From contig BK006943.2 in the NCBI GenBank assembly GCA_000146045.2, positions 64,001 through 128,000 on the forward strand: DNA of 64,000 bases. The letters run 5' to 3'. Under the pieces are notes generated by a model. That model was given only the letters and a program-made list of their open reading frames with translations. It ran no database searches and was not told where the DNA came from. Below, one piece after another: positions 45,966 through 57,690 of this stretch. This DNA is from TPA_inf: Saccharomyces (lineage: Eukaryota). How positions within the stretch are numbered: position 1 is the stretch's first letter; every line of letters begins with the position of its first letter. A program made the translations under genes and the position numbers.

Positions 45966-47159
45966 TTAGAAGTCCCGGAAAAGATCAGCATATGGGTCTT
46001 CACCTTGAACACCGTAGTTGATGTCTTCTTCCGGGTACTTATCGAACTGTGAGGTGTCACCTTGTCCCTGTTGAATGGGCGGTTCATACGGCGTTTCTAT
46101 GTTTCTAGATAATAATTTTTCCCAGACAACTTCTTTGAACCAGGGGTGGTTTTTGACATCTTCTGTACCATTTTGTAAATTACCTAGTCTTTGACTTAAG
46201 TCTCTTGTGATCAATCTACTCAACAGGTCCTTTACATCTTCGTTGAAAAATGGTGGAAATCTCAATTCGGCATTCAAGATTTTCTCATAGGTTTTCATCG
46301 TGTTAGAGTCGTAAAATGGCGTGTATCCTGCTAGCATTTCGTAAATCAGAATACCGAAACTCCACCAATCGATAGATTTATTATATGGTTTAGTACTAAC
46401 GACCTCGGGTGCTATGTAGTCGGGAGTACCGCATAATGTATATGTGACGTCAGGAACGTATTTGGCAAACCCGAAATCTGTTATCTTTATATGCCCGTTT
46501 TTATCAAGCAAGATATTTTCCGGTTTCAAATCCCTATAAATAATGTCCTTGCTATGCAAGTACTCCAAAGCTAAACAAACTTCCGCTGCGTAAAATTTAG
46601 CAACTGGGTTGGGAAATCTTTGGGATTTCCTTAACAAAGAAAACAATTCTCCACCTTCAATATAATCCATAATCATGAAAATTTGCTGAGCATCTTGGAA
46701 AGTCCCCCACATTCTAATAATAAACGGATGTGTTACGATAGAAAGCATCAATCGCTCGTCGTTGGTATGCTCCACCTGTTTCAATCTTACCACGATTTCC
46801 TTTTTCAAAACTTTCATGGCGTAGTATCTGCCATTATGTCTTGATCTAATCAAATGGACCCTACCAAAAGAACCCGTACCCAGTGTCCTTAATATCTGAA
46901 AGTCTTGTAAACTATACTTCCCACTTGTAACTCTCGCTTGGGCAATAAACTGTTTATACTGCTCCTCATTGTAATAAGTGACATGTGGCTGCTTCGGTTT
47001 TTCTTGGGTTTCTCCACCCTCTTTTTCTACAGACTTACTTTCGTTACCGCTCTCTGTGGCTGTTGTTTCCCTTTCACTAGTCTCACCTTTTTGTGATTCC
47101 TCACCTTGTCTATCATCTAGAGACTTTTGACCACCTCCATTTTGTTCTTCAGTCGACAT
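45966..47159 (-). CDS. TPK1: cAMP-dependent protein kinase catalytic subunit, 397 aa
   Basis: [21 protein letters not shown]... then a PKA catalytic core ([35 protein letters not shown]). The track ORF starts 9 codons upstream. Confidence 0.93.
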
Positions 47160-47665
47160 ACCCAAAAAAAAGATTCTTTCACACAATCAGCTATAATTCA
47201 TGCACTGCTTAAGCTAAGAGAACACTACTTTCTGTGCTACCTTTGAAGCCGATTGAAAATGCAAGCAAGCCAAACAAAAAAAAAAGTATAGGGTCAGATT
47301 CCTTAGCTTTATCAAATTAAAACTCTTAGATGGATACAATCGCAGCTTCTATGATGTTTCGCACCTAAAAATTCTCACGTTTTTCTGGCCAGAGATAGTA
47401 GATGAATATTTTTCAAGTTTTCAAGTAAAGGGATACGATATCCCCCTTGATTATTATGTCAAACTTTTACCAGATCCCGCCTTCCCTCCCCCCTAATAGC
47501 GCGAAAAAAAAGATCATCATGATTACGTAGAAAAAACCACAACAACACTATGTTGAATCATGTCATAAGCAAAGTCGTTAGGACACTGGCTTTGCAAGAA
47601 CGAATAGCAGCACAGCTTCGAACAAGTAACTAAAAATATGTGGTGTATACGGTATGTAAATGTTT

Positions 47666-49333
47666 TTAAGGCCCGTCCAGCGGAGGGTTCTTGTAAATTC
47701 TTAGGAAGAATGTCAACAAGATGGCAACAATACTTGTTGAGAACGGTATATACATAAACAGACTAGGATTAACGGAGACAGTACTTCCATATAGCTTAAG
47801 GAGGATGGGAGGGATGACAAGCATAACACAGGACCTTACCAAAGCCATTGCTCCGAACATCTCGCCTGTATGTTTCTTAGAGGTGTACTTTATGATACCA
47901 GACTGCAAAGTTGGTGAACAAAACGCGCTCAATGCCTGTAAAAGAGCGAATATTATCATGGATGTGGGAGTTTTCTCGCCAAATCGTATCATGACAAAGA
48001 GACTCAGTGTTATAACAATCATAGAAAACTGTATGCAAAAGATGTCTATCTTGTCTATCGAATGGTTCAAGTGTTGATAAATCCTCTTTAGCGTGTACAG
48101 TAATGTAGGTGATACGACCAGTAACACAACACCTCTTCCGATACCCAGTATCGATATGAAATAACCTAGCTCTACTGCATGCCATTTGTACTCATATGTA
48201 GAAAACAAAATCAATGCTGGCATACACGATGTCGTTCCACAGACAAATAGTATATCGAGTACAATGAGTAATATTACGGTATGCCGGGGTACTAAAGACC
48301 CTGCACTGTCGGGCTTCAGCCATAACTTTTTTACTGGAGCGAGCAGGTCCATTAACCTCATTATTTGAAATTTTCCATAAGTAACGGATTGGTAATTTCT
48401 TGCATCGTCAGAACCCGATTGTGATCTTAGTTTCTCTCTCCTCTTTGTATAAGTTGATTGTGAATGGGCCATTTGGGTTTCATGGCGCGGTTCCACCATG
48501 ATTGTCTCACATATTATAAGCGCCAGTATAACAAACGCTATTGATGTGTAAATAGGAATGAACCCGTTTCCATGAGTCCACTTCACCAGAAAGGACCCAA
48601 ACATTGGGCCTACGCCCATAGTGGCATATATACAACTCATCATTATTCCTATTGTCACCATTCTGTGCTCAGTTTTCACTATATCTGAAACGTAACTATT
48701 TCCATTCGCCACTAGCGCAAACAAGCCACCGAATGATGGTACGATACACGCAGTAAGAACAATAGCCCATTTGTGATACTTCATTTTCGATGATAGGGTA
48801 AAGACGTGCGTAAGAAGCCCTATGACCCTGATGCCGCTCATGTATTTGAAAACACGCACTCTTCCTATTCTATCGGATAATTCTCCCCACTTACCAGCCA
48901 TGAAAATACTGATTGCCCCTGCTATCATCATAGTGGATGAAGAAATGCTGGAAACTATTGTCTGTACAGCCACGGAATCATAATGTCCATTCTCATCTGA
49001 AATTCCTTCCGCTACCTTGTCCATCACCAACGGTATTGTAGCAGTCATAGAAATAGACTCCGCAATACAGATAATCATAACAAGGCCGTAAAGGCATAAT
49101 AGTTTTCTACGTCCATGCTCTCCCTCAACGCTTTTGGCAACACTCAAAATACTGGGGGAGCGCCGGATAGAGTCATAGCTACTGTCCTGAGCTGTTTCAT
49201 TAGTATCCAAATTTATTCCAGTACTGTCATTTTGACTAATGATTTCTTCCAAGGCGTTGATCCCAGCCGTTTCCAATAAATAGTCCATCTCATCTGAAGA
49301 CATTAAACGAGTTGTTTCATCCTCGTTTGACAT
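47666..49333 (-). CDS. Major-facilitator-superfamily membrane protein of unknown substrate, 555 aa
   Basis: 12-TM-like hydrophobic profile. I chose the start at MSNEDETTRLMSSDEM; position fits YJL163C. Confidence 0.75.
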   Translation of the reverse strand: MSNEDETTRLMSSDEMDYLLETAGINALEEIISQNDSTGINLDTNETAQDSSYDSIRRSPSILSVAKSVEGEHGRRKLLCLYGLVMIICIAESISMTATIPLVMDKVAEGISDENGHYDSVAVQTIVSSISSSTMMIAGAISIFMAGKWGELSDRIGRVRVFKYMSGIRVIGLLTHVFTLSSKMKYHKWAIVLTACIVPSFGGLFALVANGNSYVSDIVKTEHRMVTIGIMMSCIYATMGVGPMFGSFLVKWTHGNGFIPIYTSIAFVILALIICETIMVEPRHETQMAHSQSTYTKRREKLRSQSGSDDARNYQSVTYGKFQIMRLMDLLAPVKKLWLKPDSAGSLVPRHTVILLIVLDILFVCGTTSCMPALILFSTYEYKWHAVELGYFISILGIGRGVVLLVVSPTLLYTLKRIYQHLNHSIDKIDIFCIQFSMIVITLSLFVMIRFGEKTPTSMIIFALLQALSAFCSPTLQSGIIKYTSKKHTGEMFGAMALVRSCVMLVIPPILLKLYGSTVSVNPSLFMYIPFSTSIVAILLTFFLRIYKNPPLDGP

Positions 49334-49877
49334 TGTTCTGCGCCTTTGCTTCGCACGGTTTGAAGATGTATACGTGAAATGCAAGAACTAGGGTTTGTAT
49401 TCCTTATAAGTCTATTAGACTTCTTGCAGATCAGCCCTTCATCTTGTTGGTTTTTAGGAATCCCTTACCCTTTATTTTTTTTTTTTTTGATTTCGATTAA
49501 GGGCGGGAAATCATGATAAACTTCCACGGAACAACAATAAACGCTCGGCCAATGTTAGTAAGATACACTGTACTTACCTGATGATAATCCCATAGCACTT
49601 TCATTCACTTGGAAGCCAAACCAGTTTATAAGTACTTTTAAATTGCCAAGTGCACCCTTTGGTAATTTTTTTTTACTTTTACCATTTTCTGTAAGAATTT
49701 TCTATTTATTTCAGTAGTTTATTGAATTTCCATAACTAAATATATATTTAAGATATTAATAATTGAGACATGAAATGTACTGACTAGATACTTTTATATA
49801 TTTTACATTATTCATTCAAATTATTTCCATCCTGGCGTAAGGACGACGGGTATATGCTCATTAAGAAGAGCGTTCGA

Positions 49878-51629
49878 TTATACTTTACCGTCACATCTTT
49901 CGGAAAAAATTTTAATGACCTGCATCTGTCTTTCTTGTAAGATGTTCAATTTGTCCATTAAACTTTTATCAAATTCTAGGTATGTTTTCCAAACCATAAT
50001 ACTTTGCTTTTGGGTTAACATATCACTGAACTGCGTATCTGCTCTCAGGCGCTGTAATGATACTTGATGTATTGTTTCTTTAAGTTTGTTACATTGGTTA
50101 TTAAACAGCTGCACGTTAAGCTTCAATGTTTCAAGGTCAGCCACTGCATCAAATTCCGGAATCTCTGGTATTTCCAAATCTAAGATCTCGGGTGTAATTC
50201 CACACTGTTCTAGTAACGGTTTGAATTTTGCACGATTACTTTCTGCTTGGGCAAAAGTTCCACCTTGTTCGTGACTCTGAGTGGTCTTCGGCTTTTTAAA
50301 AAGATTGATTGATTCTAACGAGTCATTAATTGCATCCATCATAAAATAATCTTTTTCTCTTGGTAAAGATTGGAACAATTCTTCTAAAGATATATCATCT
50401 TTCTTTCTCCTTTTCATCCCTTTAGGTTCTTTGATAGATAAATTTTCTATGTCGATTGAGTCGCTGTGATTTTTATCACCTATTTCATCCCGACGAAACA
50501 GCAAGTCTTTATTTCGATCGTCTACATTGCTTATATTGAGTTTTTCAATAATGTCTCTCAAAATGTTCCATCCTTCATTGGCACTAGTTGTTGCAGGTAT
50601 CTCTTTAATGGGAGAAACTGACTTTCTAAACTGATTCTTGCATTCGAATTTACTTCTTGCGTAATGTCGATACTCATGATTGTAAAAAGGAGATTGCAAA
50701 TTTGAATCATGGGATCCACTAGAAAAAGTACTGGTCTTGGGCAATTTAAATTGTTTGTGTCCCGTTTCTTCTTCGCCATTTTCCTCTGGAGAGACTCTGC
50801 TTTCCCTTTTCGGTTCTTTATTATTTTTTTTTTCTTCATCAGGACTGCTAGACTTCGACGTCATTCCATAATGTTGCTGCTGTTGCTGTTGTTGCTGCTG
50901 TTGCTGTTGTTGTTTTCCTGCTTCTTCTTCTTCTTCATGATCGCTTAGTGCTGATCCCAAACATGAATTTGGATCTTCAGAGTAAGATTTATGTGTGTAC
51001 GCATTTTTACCCAATATTTCCCATATTTCTTGGAACTGAGAGTTCGTATCCATTTTACCGGCATCAGTCATTCTTACTTTTGAGGCTCCATTGGTTTCAT
51101 GGAACAAAGAATCAATATCAGGACTTCCATGTTTCCTTTCCTTTTTGGATGAATAATAGTGGTTTCGTTGGTAGCTTTTTAAATTGAAGGACTTGAATAT
51201 CGGAACCTTACTCTTAGAGCTTGAGGTCATTTTTTTGCCTACACCGAAACCGTAGGGCTGTTGCTCATAAGGTTTATTTTGCCTATGATAAGCTTCTGAT
51301 TGACCAAGTGTGGGACTAGCCCCTTGTGATTCCTTTGCCTTGGTCTTGAAAATATGACAGTTTTTCTTCGGCTGGTAAGTGTGTAAACCTTTGATTTTCA
51401 AATCTCGATCATATCGAAGTTTTTGATCTTCATCAGTTAAAATTGAATGTGCATGCACCACAGCTTTGAATAATTCCTCAGACTTATCAGATTTTGTTTT
51501 ATCTGGGTGAAGTAATCTGGCCAGTTTTAGATATGATTTATGTACTTCGGAGGAAGTCGCATTTGATGTCAAGCCTAATATGGAATAATAGGTTGTTCTA
51601 TCTAATTGTGGTTCTATTACCTGTGACAT
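49878..51629 (-). CDS. JJJ2: J-domain (DnaJ-like) protein, 583 aa
   Basis: N-terminal J domain with HPD (YYSILGLTSNATSSEVHKSYLKLARLLHPDKTKSDK) and an internal poly-Gln run of about 14 residues. Confidence 0.88.
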   Translation of the reverse strand: MSQVIEPQLDRTTYYSILGLTSNATSSEVHKSYLKLARLLHPDKTKSDKSEELFKAVVHAHSILTDEDQKLRYDRDLKIKGLHTYQPKKNCHIFKTKAKESQGASPTLGQSEAYHRQNKPYEQQPYGFGVGKKMTSSSKSKVPIFKSFNLKSYQRNHYYSSKKERKHGSPDIDSLFHETNGASKVRMTDAGKMDTNSQFQEIWEILGKNAYTHKSYSEDPNSCLGSALSDHEEEEEAGKQQQQQQQQQQQQQHYGMTSKSSSPDEEKKNNKEPKRESRVSPEENGEEETGHKQFKLPKTSTFSSGSHDSNLQSPFYNHEYRHYARSKFECKNQFRKSVSPIKEIPATTSANEGWNILRDIIEKLNISNVDDRNKDLLFRRDEIGDKNHSDSIDIENLSIKEPKGMKRRKKDDISLEELFQSLPREKDYFMMDAINDSLESINLFKKPKTTQSHEQGGTFAQAESNRAKFKPLLEQCGITPEILDLEIPEIPEFDAVADLETLKLNVQLFNNQCNKLKETIHQVSLQRLRADTQFSDMLTQKQSIMVWKTYLEFDKSLMDKLNILQERQMQVIKIFSERCDGKV

Positions 51630-51938
51630 AAGAATAGTACAGTGTACAATAGCATAAACTGAAGAAGCACTTTGCTACAGTCTATATTGAACATTCCAGG
51701 TCTATTTACGCTCATGCCTCAAAAAAAGTTTAAAGGCATCGCACGGTATTGTATTTTCAAGATGTCCGCACCGAATCGGTATTGTAAAAGTTTCACAATA
51801 TTGAACATCTAGCACAATGATCAACTGAATTGAGGACAAACAGATAATTTTCGTGTGATATTATATTTTAATAGGATAAAGGTGAACTACTACAAACTAT
51901 TTCAAAAAATAACTATTTAGCTAATCACATAAAAAATA

Positions 51939-52010
51939 CTCCGATACGGGGAGTCGAACCCCGGTCTCCACGGTGAAAGCGTGATGTGATAGCCGTTACA
52001 CTATATCGGA
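51939..52010 (-). tRNA. tE(UUC): tRNA-Glu (anticodon UUC), 72 nt, no intron
   Basis: Minus-strand sequence TCCGATATAGTGTAACGGCTATCACATCACGCTTTCACCGTGGAGACCGGGGTTCGACTCCCCGTATCGGAG. It has an A-box (TAGTGTAACGG), a B-box (GGTTCGACTCC), a UUC anticodon in the CUUUCAC loop, and a 7-bp acceptor stem TCCGATA/TATCGGA. Confidence 0.95.
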
Positions 52011-53244
52011 TTATAAACGGTTAATATTCAACACCTAATAGTACTACTTACCAAATTAACAAGAGGATCATCTTTCCCATATGATAATAGACACCGGCTC
52101 TAAACTCAACTGTTCTGTACTAGTTGTTTTGATAGAATTTTTTTTACAAATCTGCCCAAAGTACGTTTTCCTAGTTTCATGCCTGTGCAACGCCGCAGCG
52201 CTAACCTGTGCAGGACAGATATGTAAATTGGAATCTTAACAGCAACAGAGACTCTCTCAAAACCGATACCAGAACTCAACCGCACTTCGTTATCCATAAA
52301 TGTTGCCTTAGCCGAATGCAATACATCCCTTATAAAATCAATACAATGCGAAACTTAACACAATGCTAGTCGCTAACCACGACAAATTTCTTGCACCTCC
52401 AAATCTGCCTTTGTCCCTCTCCCACATCTTAACTATACCAGAAATGCCTCTCTGTTCTGCAAAAAACCTGTGTTCCTGCTATTAGATGAGGTAAATTCAA
52501 AACATTACATGCCATATCTTCTTCTAGACGACTACACCTCTAATTACATCAACAAATTTTAAACTTATATCGTCTAGAGTGATCCTTTCGCTAGAAATGG
52601 TAATAACTACTGCCATTGGAATCATAGTTTACAGAATATTGCGAGTTTGCTCTATATTAGATATTTATAAACGCTAGGATGGAACCGAGGGCTGCCACGA
52701 TGCTTAAAAAATTACAGTGCAGCAACTCCGATGCCATTAATCTATCATAAAGTCTGGCGGCGTATTCCTTGCACAATTTTCATATCTTCCCATATGAATA
52801 CCTGTTAGTCCGTATCACCAAGTGTAAACTGTTCTTTACAATGAGAACATCTAGAGTCTTTCTGATATGCGTAACTTCTGCCTCATTAATTTAAAAATTT
52901 CTTCATAGTAAATAGCTTATTTGCTTGGAGCAGATGATCGACATGTATTTTTAGGAACATAAACTGCCTAAATATAATAGATCAGCCTAAAAATAAGAAT
53001 GCCAATCAACAAAGTTGTATTTCCTATCTTCCGATATTCGCAGTCCACCATTCAGACCTCTGGTGAGATAGTTTGCCTGCTTTTGCTCCCTTCCAAAGTG
53101 CTGATAAAAACCTCCGTGATTTTTTGAATACTCCCCTGAATGTCTATTTTAAGTATATTATAAAATTAGTTTAAGTTGGTGCGGATAACGAAAACTTGAT
53201 GCAAGGTAAATAAATCAAGTATATCATAGAGTTCTTTCATTCAT

Positions 53245-53787
53245 ATGCTATACACAAGGTTGTTACGTCACAACTCACAATTCACCAAGTTTTCAGGCAC
53301 ATCGCCCAATCTTGGCTCAAAACCTTTATTTTCGAAGGGTAATTTGTACACTAGTCTTTTAGTGACAACACTGTATGGGACAGGTCTGGCATGCCTATAT
53401 CTAGAATCAAATAGCTTGAATAAGTCCAAAGAGCAAGAAGATCCCCATGCCATCGCAGAAGACGACATTGTAAATATAGTCCATGACGCTCCCAATAGAA
53501 TATTCAAGCCAGCACTTGATACCTATCAAGAGAAAGAGCTTGACTTACAAAAGAGTGACCTCCATAAAGTACTTCATTCTTTGACGTACAGTGATGTCTC
53601 TCAATTTTCGATTGTTTGGGGGTTTCTCATTCAACTTTCGAGCCTAATAGGCAATTCCACCTTAGGCAAAAAATCCATTCTTTATAAGGGAAGTGTCGTT
53701 AGTGTTTTAGGGTTCCCACCGTTGATTTATATGGCACTTAAACTTAGGATGAAACAGCTGGAAAAAGCTGGAGTGCGCTTTGAGTAA
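53245..53787 (+). CDS. FMP33: Mitochondrial inner-membrane protein of unknown function, 180 aa
   Basis: MLYTRLLRHNSQFTKFSGTSPNL... with a presequence-like N-terminus and two hydrophobic segments. Position fits YJL161W. Confidence 0.75.
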   Translation: MLYTRLLRHNSQFTKFSGTSPNLGSKPLFSKGNLYTSLLVTTLYGTGLACLYLESNSLNKSKEQEDPHAIAEDDIVNIVHDAPNRIFKPALDTYQEKELDLQKSDLHKVLHSLTYSDVSQFSIVWGFLIQLSSLIGNSTLGKKSILYKGSVVSVLGFPPLIYMALKLRMKQLEKAGVRFE

Positions 53788-53961
53788 TGCAGAAGGCAAC
53801 ATCTCCGAAAATAAAAACGATGAAGTAAATGAAAACTCGTTTGTGAATACGTAAAATTATAACGCGCCCCATACATAGTAAGACAGACTTACTTTTATAC
53901 TATTATTTTAGTTATATTTTTGAAGTACAATCAAGACCTGCAAGATTATAATGTTGGTGAT

Positions 53962-54825
53962 TCAACAATCGACGAGACCAACTGTTTGTAAATGAACGGG
54001 ATTGCACTGGCCCCCGATAGACTGATCGTAAAGGTTATAGAAAGTGCCCGACAGACATTGGTAAAACACGTCATTATCACCAATAGCTAAAGTGCCATGC
54101 TTCGTTATCGACCAGCCGCCAGCGTAAATAGCGCCCGCCTGTGGAGGTGGACCATCAAATTGGAACTGTCTGTTTGCTACTATCGATCCAATTCTACCAC
54201 TGGAGTCAATAAGAACACCTCCTTGTAACGTTATTGCCAAGGTGCCAGAACTTTTACAGGCTTGCACCTTGATCACTTTTTCATTATTTGGTTTCTTTGT
54301 TGGCTCTAACTTACTCTTGGAAAGCACAGAACTACTACTGGCTGAAGAAATAGTAACTTGCACTTGACCATCATGAATCTGAGAAACAGCAGTTGCGGTT
54401 GAAGTTGCTGTCGCAGTTACAGTTTTACTTGGAACAGCAATTGTGGACTTTGTGACAACATTTTTAGCTGTAGTTATTTGTAATTGACCATCGCCTATTT
54501 GTGACACAATATGTGACACTACTGGAGGCACCTTCTGCGTTGTAACTTGTATTTGGCCGTCTCCAATTTGCGAAACTGGATGAGGTAATTTTTGTGTCGT
54601 TACTTGCACTTGACCGTCATTAATTTGTGAAATGACGTTTCTTTTGACCTTACTTTCAGTAACGGTGAAAGGTATAACAGCGAGACCGAATGAGGTCCGG
54701 TACTCTGTTGTGCCACCATCCATTTTAGAGCTTGGAGTTAAAGTTGCCCAGGGTTCAGGTGGAGCGTACGCAGTTAGCGCAATACTACTTAATAGAGATG
54801 CTAGAAATGCTTTCTTGTAATGCAT
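53962..54825 (-). CDS. PIR5: PIR-family cell-wall protein with 4 PIR repeats, 287 aa
   Basis: Signal peptide [21 protein letters not shown]. Kex2 site KVKR. Four SQI(N/G/H)DGQ(V/I/L)Q repeats. Conserved 4-Cys C-terminal domain (...[28 protein letters not shown]...[15 protein letters not shown]). Confidence 0.88.
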
Positions 54826-56448
54826 ATTGGGGCGGTGTTCACTTCTTCAGTAAGTTGTATAGAATTAAAAAATCGAGACTAAACAGAAATTTCGAAACAA
54901 GAAGATAAGTATATGTATACAAGTTATTTTACTCTTTTAACTGTTTTCGTTTCCCCACTCTTTCGCAAAAAGAATAATTTTGTGAGTCAAAACAGTCGAA
55001 TTTTCTTGCACAAAAAGTCGATATTCTTTTGTGACTCTGTGTAACTTACTTTCTACAGCTTTTGTTACTCCACTTCTCTTATATATACCCAATGATTCAC
55101 TCGTAATATATCAGAGGAACGTTAGAATTTCTGTATTTTCTCAGGAATCCTACAAAATTAGAGGTGAAATTGATCAGGTTAAGGAGCAGAAGCCCACTAT
55201 ATAAGTAAGATGATATCAAGCCTAGTTGGATGCCTTCAGGAACGGCAAATAGGATATGTGAGCTTGGCAAAGGGGTTTTGATAGAGTAACAATAGATCCT
55301 TGCTAGCCAATGCGACGTTCCTCTGTAGTTTTTACCACAGTTTTACTTAATTTCGTGCTTTGTCCCTTTTTGGCAAAAAAGTCGGATAATGTCTTCACTA
55401 TATTTGTGTTTTCGTCTTTTAGGAAAAGCGTACTTTAGTAAACTACAAATTTGAGCTGAGCTAATTTCGGATTAGTAAAAGATGCAAGGAACAGTAAAAA
55501 TTAAAATAGCGATTGACCGAAATCAGTCCAAAAATTACTACAACAAGCAAATCCAATTAAAAACAGTAAAATACTTTAAGTGCATTTACCGTTACGAACA
55601 ACATATGTCCTAGTTAGTATAGTAGTCTACTAAGTAGCAAAAAAGTAGAAACTCTGTCACTATACCAGCCATCAGTTCATAGTAAAACAGTAAAAATTGT
55701 AAAAACAAGCAAAAAAAAAACAAGAAGGAACAAATGCACCAAACTGTTGATCTATTCTGCAAAAAAAAGTATGGTAAATTTTTTCCATTATCCTGGCCGC
55801 TAATCCATATGGAGGTGAACTTAGAACTTGCACAAGGATGCGATGAATGATAGGCTTTGTGCTATAATTAATGCAGGCAGGTCCGCCATGTCCAACACGT
55901 TGCTGGCCGCAAAACGAGTCAATCTCACTGCTTTGCCACGCTCATTTCTCCCCCCTTCTGCCCAATTAGGCGACCCTCACAATGCACATACACATTTCCC
56001 ACCTCTATTGGAAGGGGCCGTAAATGGTAATTCTTGGGAGTTATTCATATTAAGTGATCTTACTATTTCCTATTTCGGAAATTATTAAAGACAAAAAAGC
56101 TCATTAATGGCTTTCCGTCTGTAGTGATAAGTCGCCAACTCAGCCTAATTTTTCATTTCTTTACCAGATCAGGAAAACTAATAGTACAAATGAGTGTTTT
56201 CTCAAGCGGAACACCACATTTTGAGCTAAATTTAGATTTTGGTCAAAATAAGAAAGATCCTAAAAAAGGAATGGTTGGTGAAAAATTTATTAGCTTGAAT
56301 GGTAGGAATCCTCGAGATATAAAAGGAACACTTGAAGTCTAACGACAATCAATTTCGATTATGTCCTTCCTTTTACCTCAAAGCTCAAAAAAATATCAAT
56401 AAGAAACTCATATTCCTTTTCTAACCCTAGTACAATAATAATAATATA

Positions 56449-57690
56449 ATGCAATACAAAAAGACTTTGGTTGCCTCTGCTTTGGCCGCTACTACATTGG
56501 CCGCCTATGCTCCATCTGAGCCTTGGTCCACTTTGACTCCAACAGCCACTTACAGCGGTGGTGTTACCGACTACGCTTCCACCTTCGGTATTGCCGTTCA
56601 ACCAATCTCCACTACATCCAGCGCATCATCTGCAGCCACCACAGCCTCATCTAAGGCCAAGAGAGCTGCTTCCCAAATTGGTGATGGTCAAGTCCAAGCT
56701 GCTACCACTACTGCTTCTGTCTCTACCAAGAGTACCGCTGCCGCCGTTTCTCAGATCGGTGATGGTCAAATCCAAGCTACTACTAAGACTACCGCTGCTG
56801 CTGTCTCTCAAATTGGTGATGGTCAAATTCAAGCTACCACCAAGACTACCTCTGCTAAGACTACCGCCGCTGCCGTTTCTCAAATCAGTGATGGTCAAAT
56901 CCAAGCTACCACCACTACTTTAGCCCCAAAGAGCACCGCTGCTGCCGTTTCTCAAATCGGTGATGGTCAAGTTCAAGCTACCACCACTACTTTAGCCCCA
57001 AAGAGCACCGCTGCTGCCGTTTCTCAAATCGGTGATGGTCAAGTTCAAGCTACTACTAAGACTACCGCTGCTGCTGTCTCTCAAATTGGTGATGGTCAAG
57101 TTCAAGCTACCACCAAGACTACTGCTGCCGCCGTTTCTCAAATCGGTGATGGTCAAGTTCAAGCTACTACCAAGACTACCGCTGCTGCTGTCTCTCAAAT
57201 CGGTGATGGTCAAGTTCAAGCAACTACCAAAACCACTGCCGCAGCTGTTTCCCAAATTACTGACGGTCAAGTTCAAGCCACTACAAAAACCACTCAAGCA
57301 GCCAGCCAAGTAAGCGATGGCCAAGTCCAAGCTACTACTGCTACTTCCGCTTCTGCAGCCGCTACCTCCACTGACCCAGTCGATGCTGTCTCCTGTAAGA
57401 CTTCTGGTACCTTAGAAATGAACTTAAAGGGCGGTATCTTAACTGACGGTAAGGGTAGAATTGGTTCTATTGTTGCTAACAGACAATTCCAATTTGACGG
57501 TCCACCACCACAAGCTGGTGCCATCTACGCTGCTGGTTGGTCTATAACTCCAGACGGTAACTTGGCTATTGGTGACAATGATGTCTTCTACCAATGTTTG
57601 TCCGGTACTTTCTACAACTTGTACGACGAACACATTGGTAGTCAATGTACTCCAGTCCACTTGGAAGCTATCGATTTGATAGACTGTTAA
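56449..57690 (+). CDS. HSP150: Secreted heat-shock O-glycoprotein Hsp150/Pir2 with 11 PIR repeats, 413 aa
   Basis: Signal peptide [21 protein letters not shown]. Kex2 site KAKR. Eleven tandem SQIGDGQ(V/I)[11 protein letters not shown]-type repeats. PIR C-terminal 4-Cys domain. Confidence 0.95.
   Translation: MQYKKTLVASALAATTLAAYAPSEPWSTLTPTATYSGGVTDYASTFGIAVQPISTTSSASSAATTASSKAKRAASQIGDGQVQAATTTASVSTKSTAAAVSQIGDGQIQATTKTTAAAVSQIGDGQIQATTKTTSAKTTAAAVSQISDGQIQATTTTLAPKSTAAAVSQIGDGQVQATTTTLAPKSTAAAVSQIGDGQVQATTKTTAAAVSQIGDGQVQATTKTTAAAVSQIGDGQVQATTKTTAAAVSQIGDGQVQATTKTTAAAVSQITDGQVQATTKTTQAASQVSDGQVQATTATSASAAATSTDPVDAVSCKTSGTLEMNLKGGILTDGKGRIGSIVANRQFQFDGPPPQAGAIYAAGWSITPDGNLAIGDNDVFYQCLSGTFYNLYDEHIGSQCTPVHLEAIDLIDC
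56665..57345 (+). repeat. HSP150: In-frame tandem repeat array inside HSP150: 11 units of 54-78 bp (19-26 aa each), including an exact 72-bp duplication (about 56911-56982 and 56983-57054)
   Basis: Direct inspection: the unit gccgctgccgtttctcaaatcggtgatggtcaagttcaagctaccaccaag... recurs with synonymous variation. Five out-of-frame or antisense ORFs in the track over this span are repeat artefacts. Confidence 0.9.

Noticed and set aside
52106-52321. 71-aa ORF next to tRNA-Glu as a possible Ty remnant gene
   Set aside because: I found no LTR or Ty gag/pol similarity by eye. It is short with unremarkable composition. This region of the tRNA flank is kept as a finding only for the LTR check.
56300-56325. 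TAGGAATCCTCGAGATATAAAAGG, partially resembling the delta/tau LTR internal block GGATTCCTAAATCCTCGAGGAGAACTTC
   Set aside because: Only about 12 contiguous matches. The adjacent diagnostic GAGAACTTCTAGTATAT and the LTR termini are absent, so this is most likely chance similarity.
56558-57524. Five ORFs (85-121 aa) on alternative frames and the opposite strand across the middle of HSP150
   Set aside because: They lie entirely inside the 11-unit tandem repeat. Their periodic low-complexity translations (LPLLRLP..., [15 protein letters not shown]...) are repeat artefacts. HSP150 in the +1 frame has signal peptide, Kex2 site and conserved C-terminal domain.
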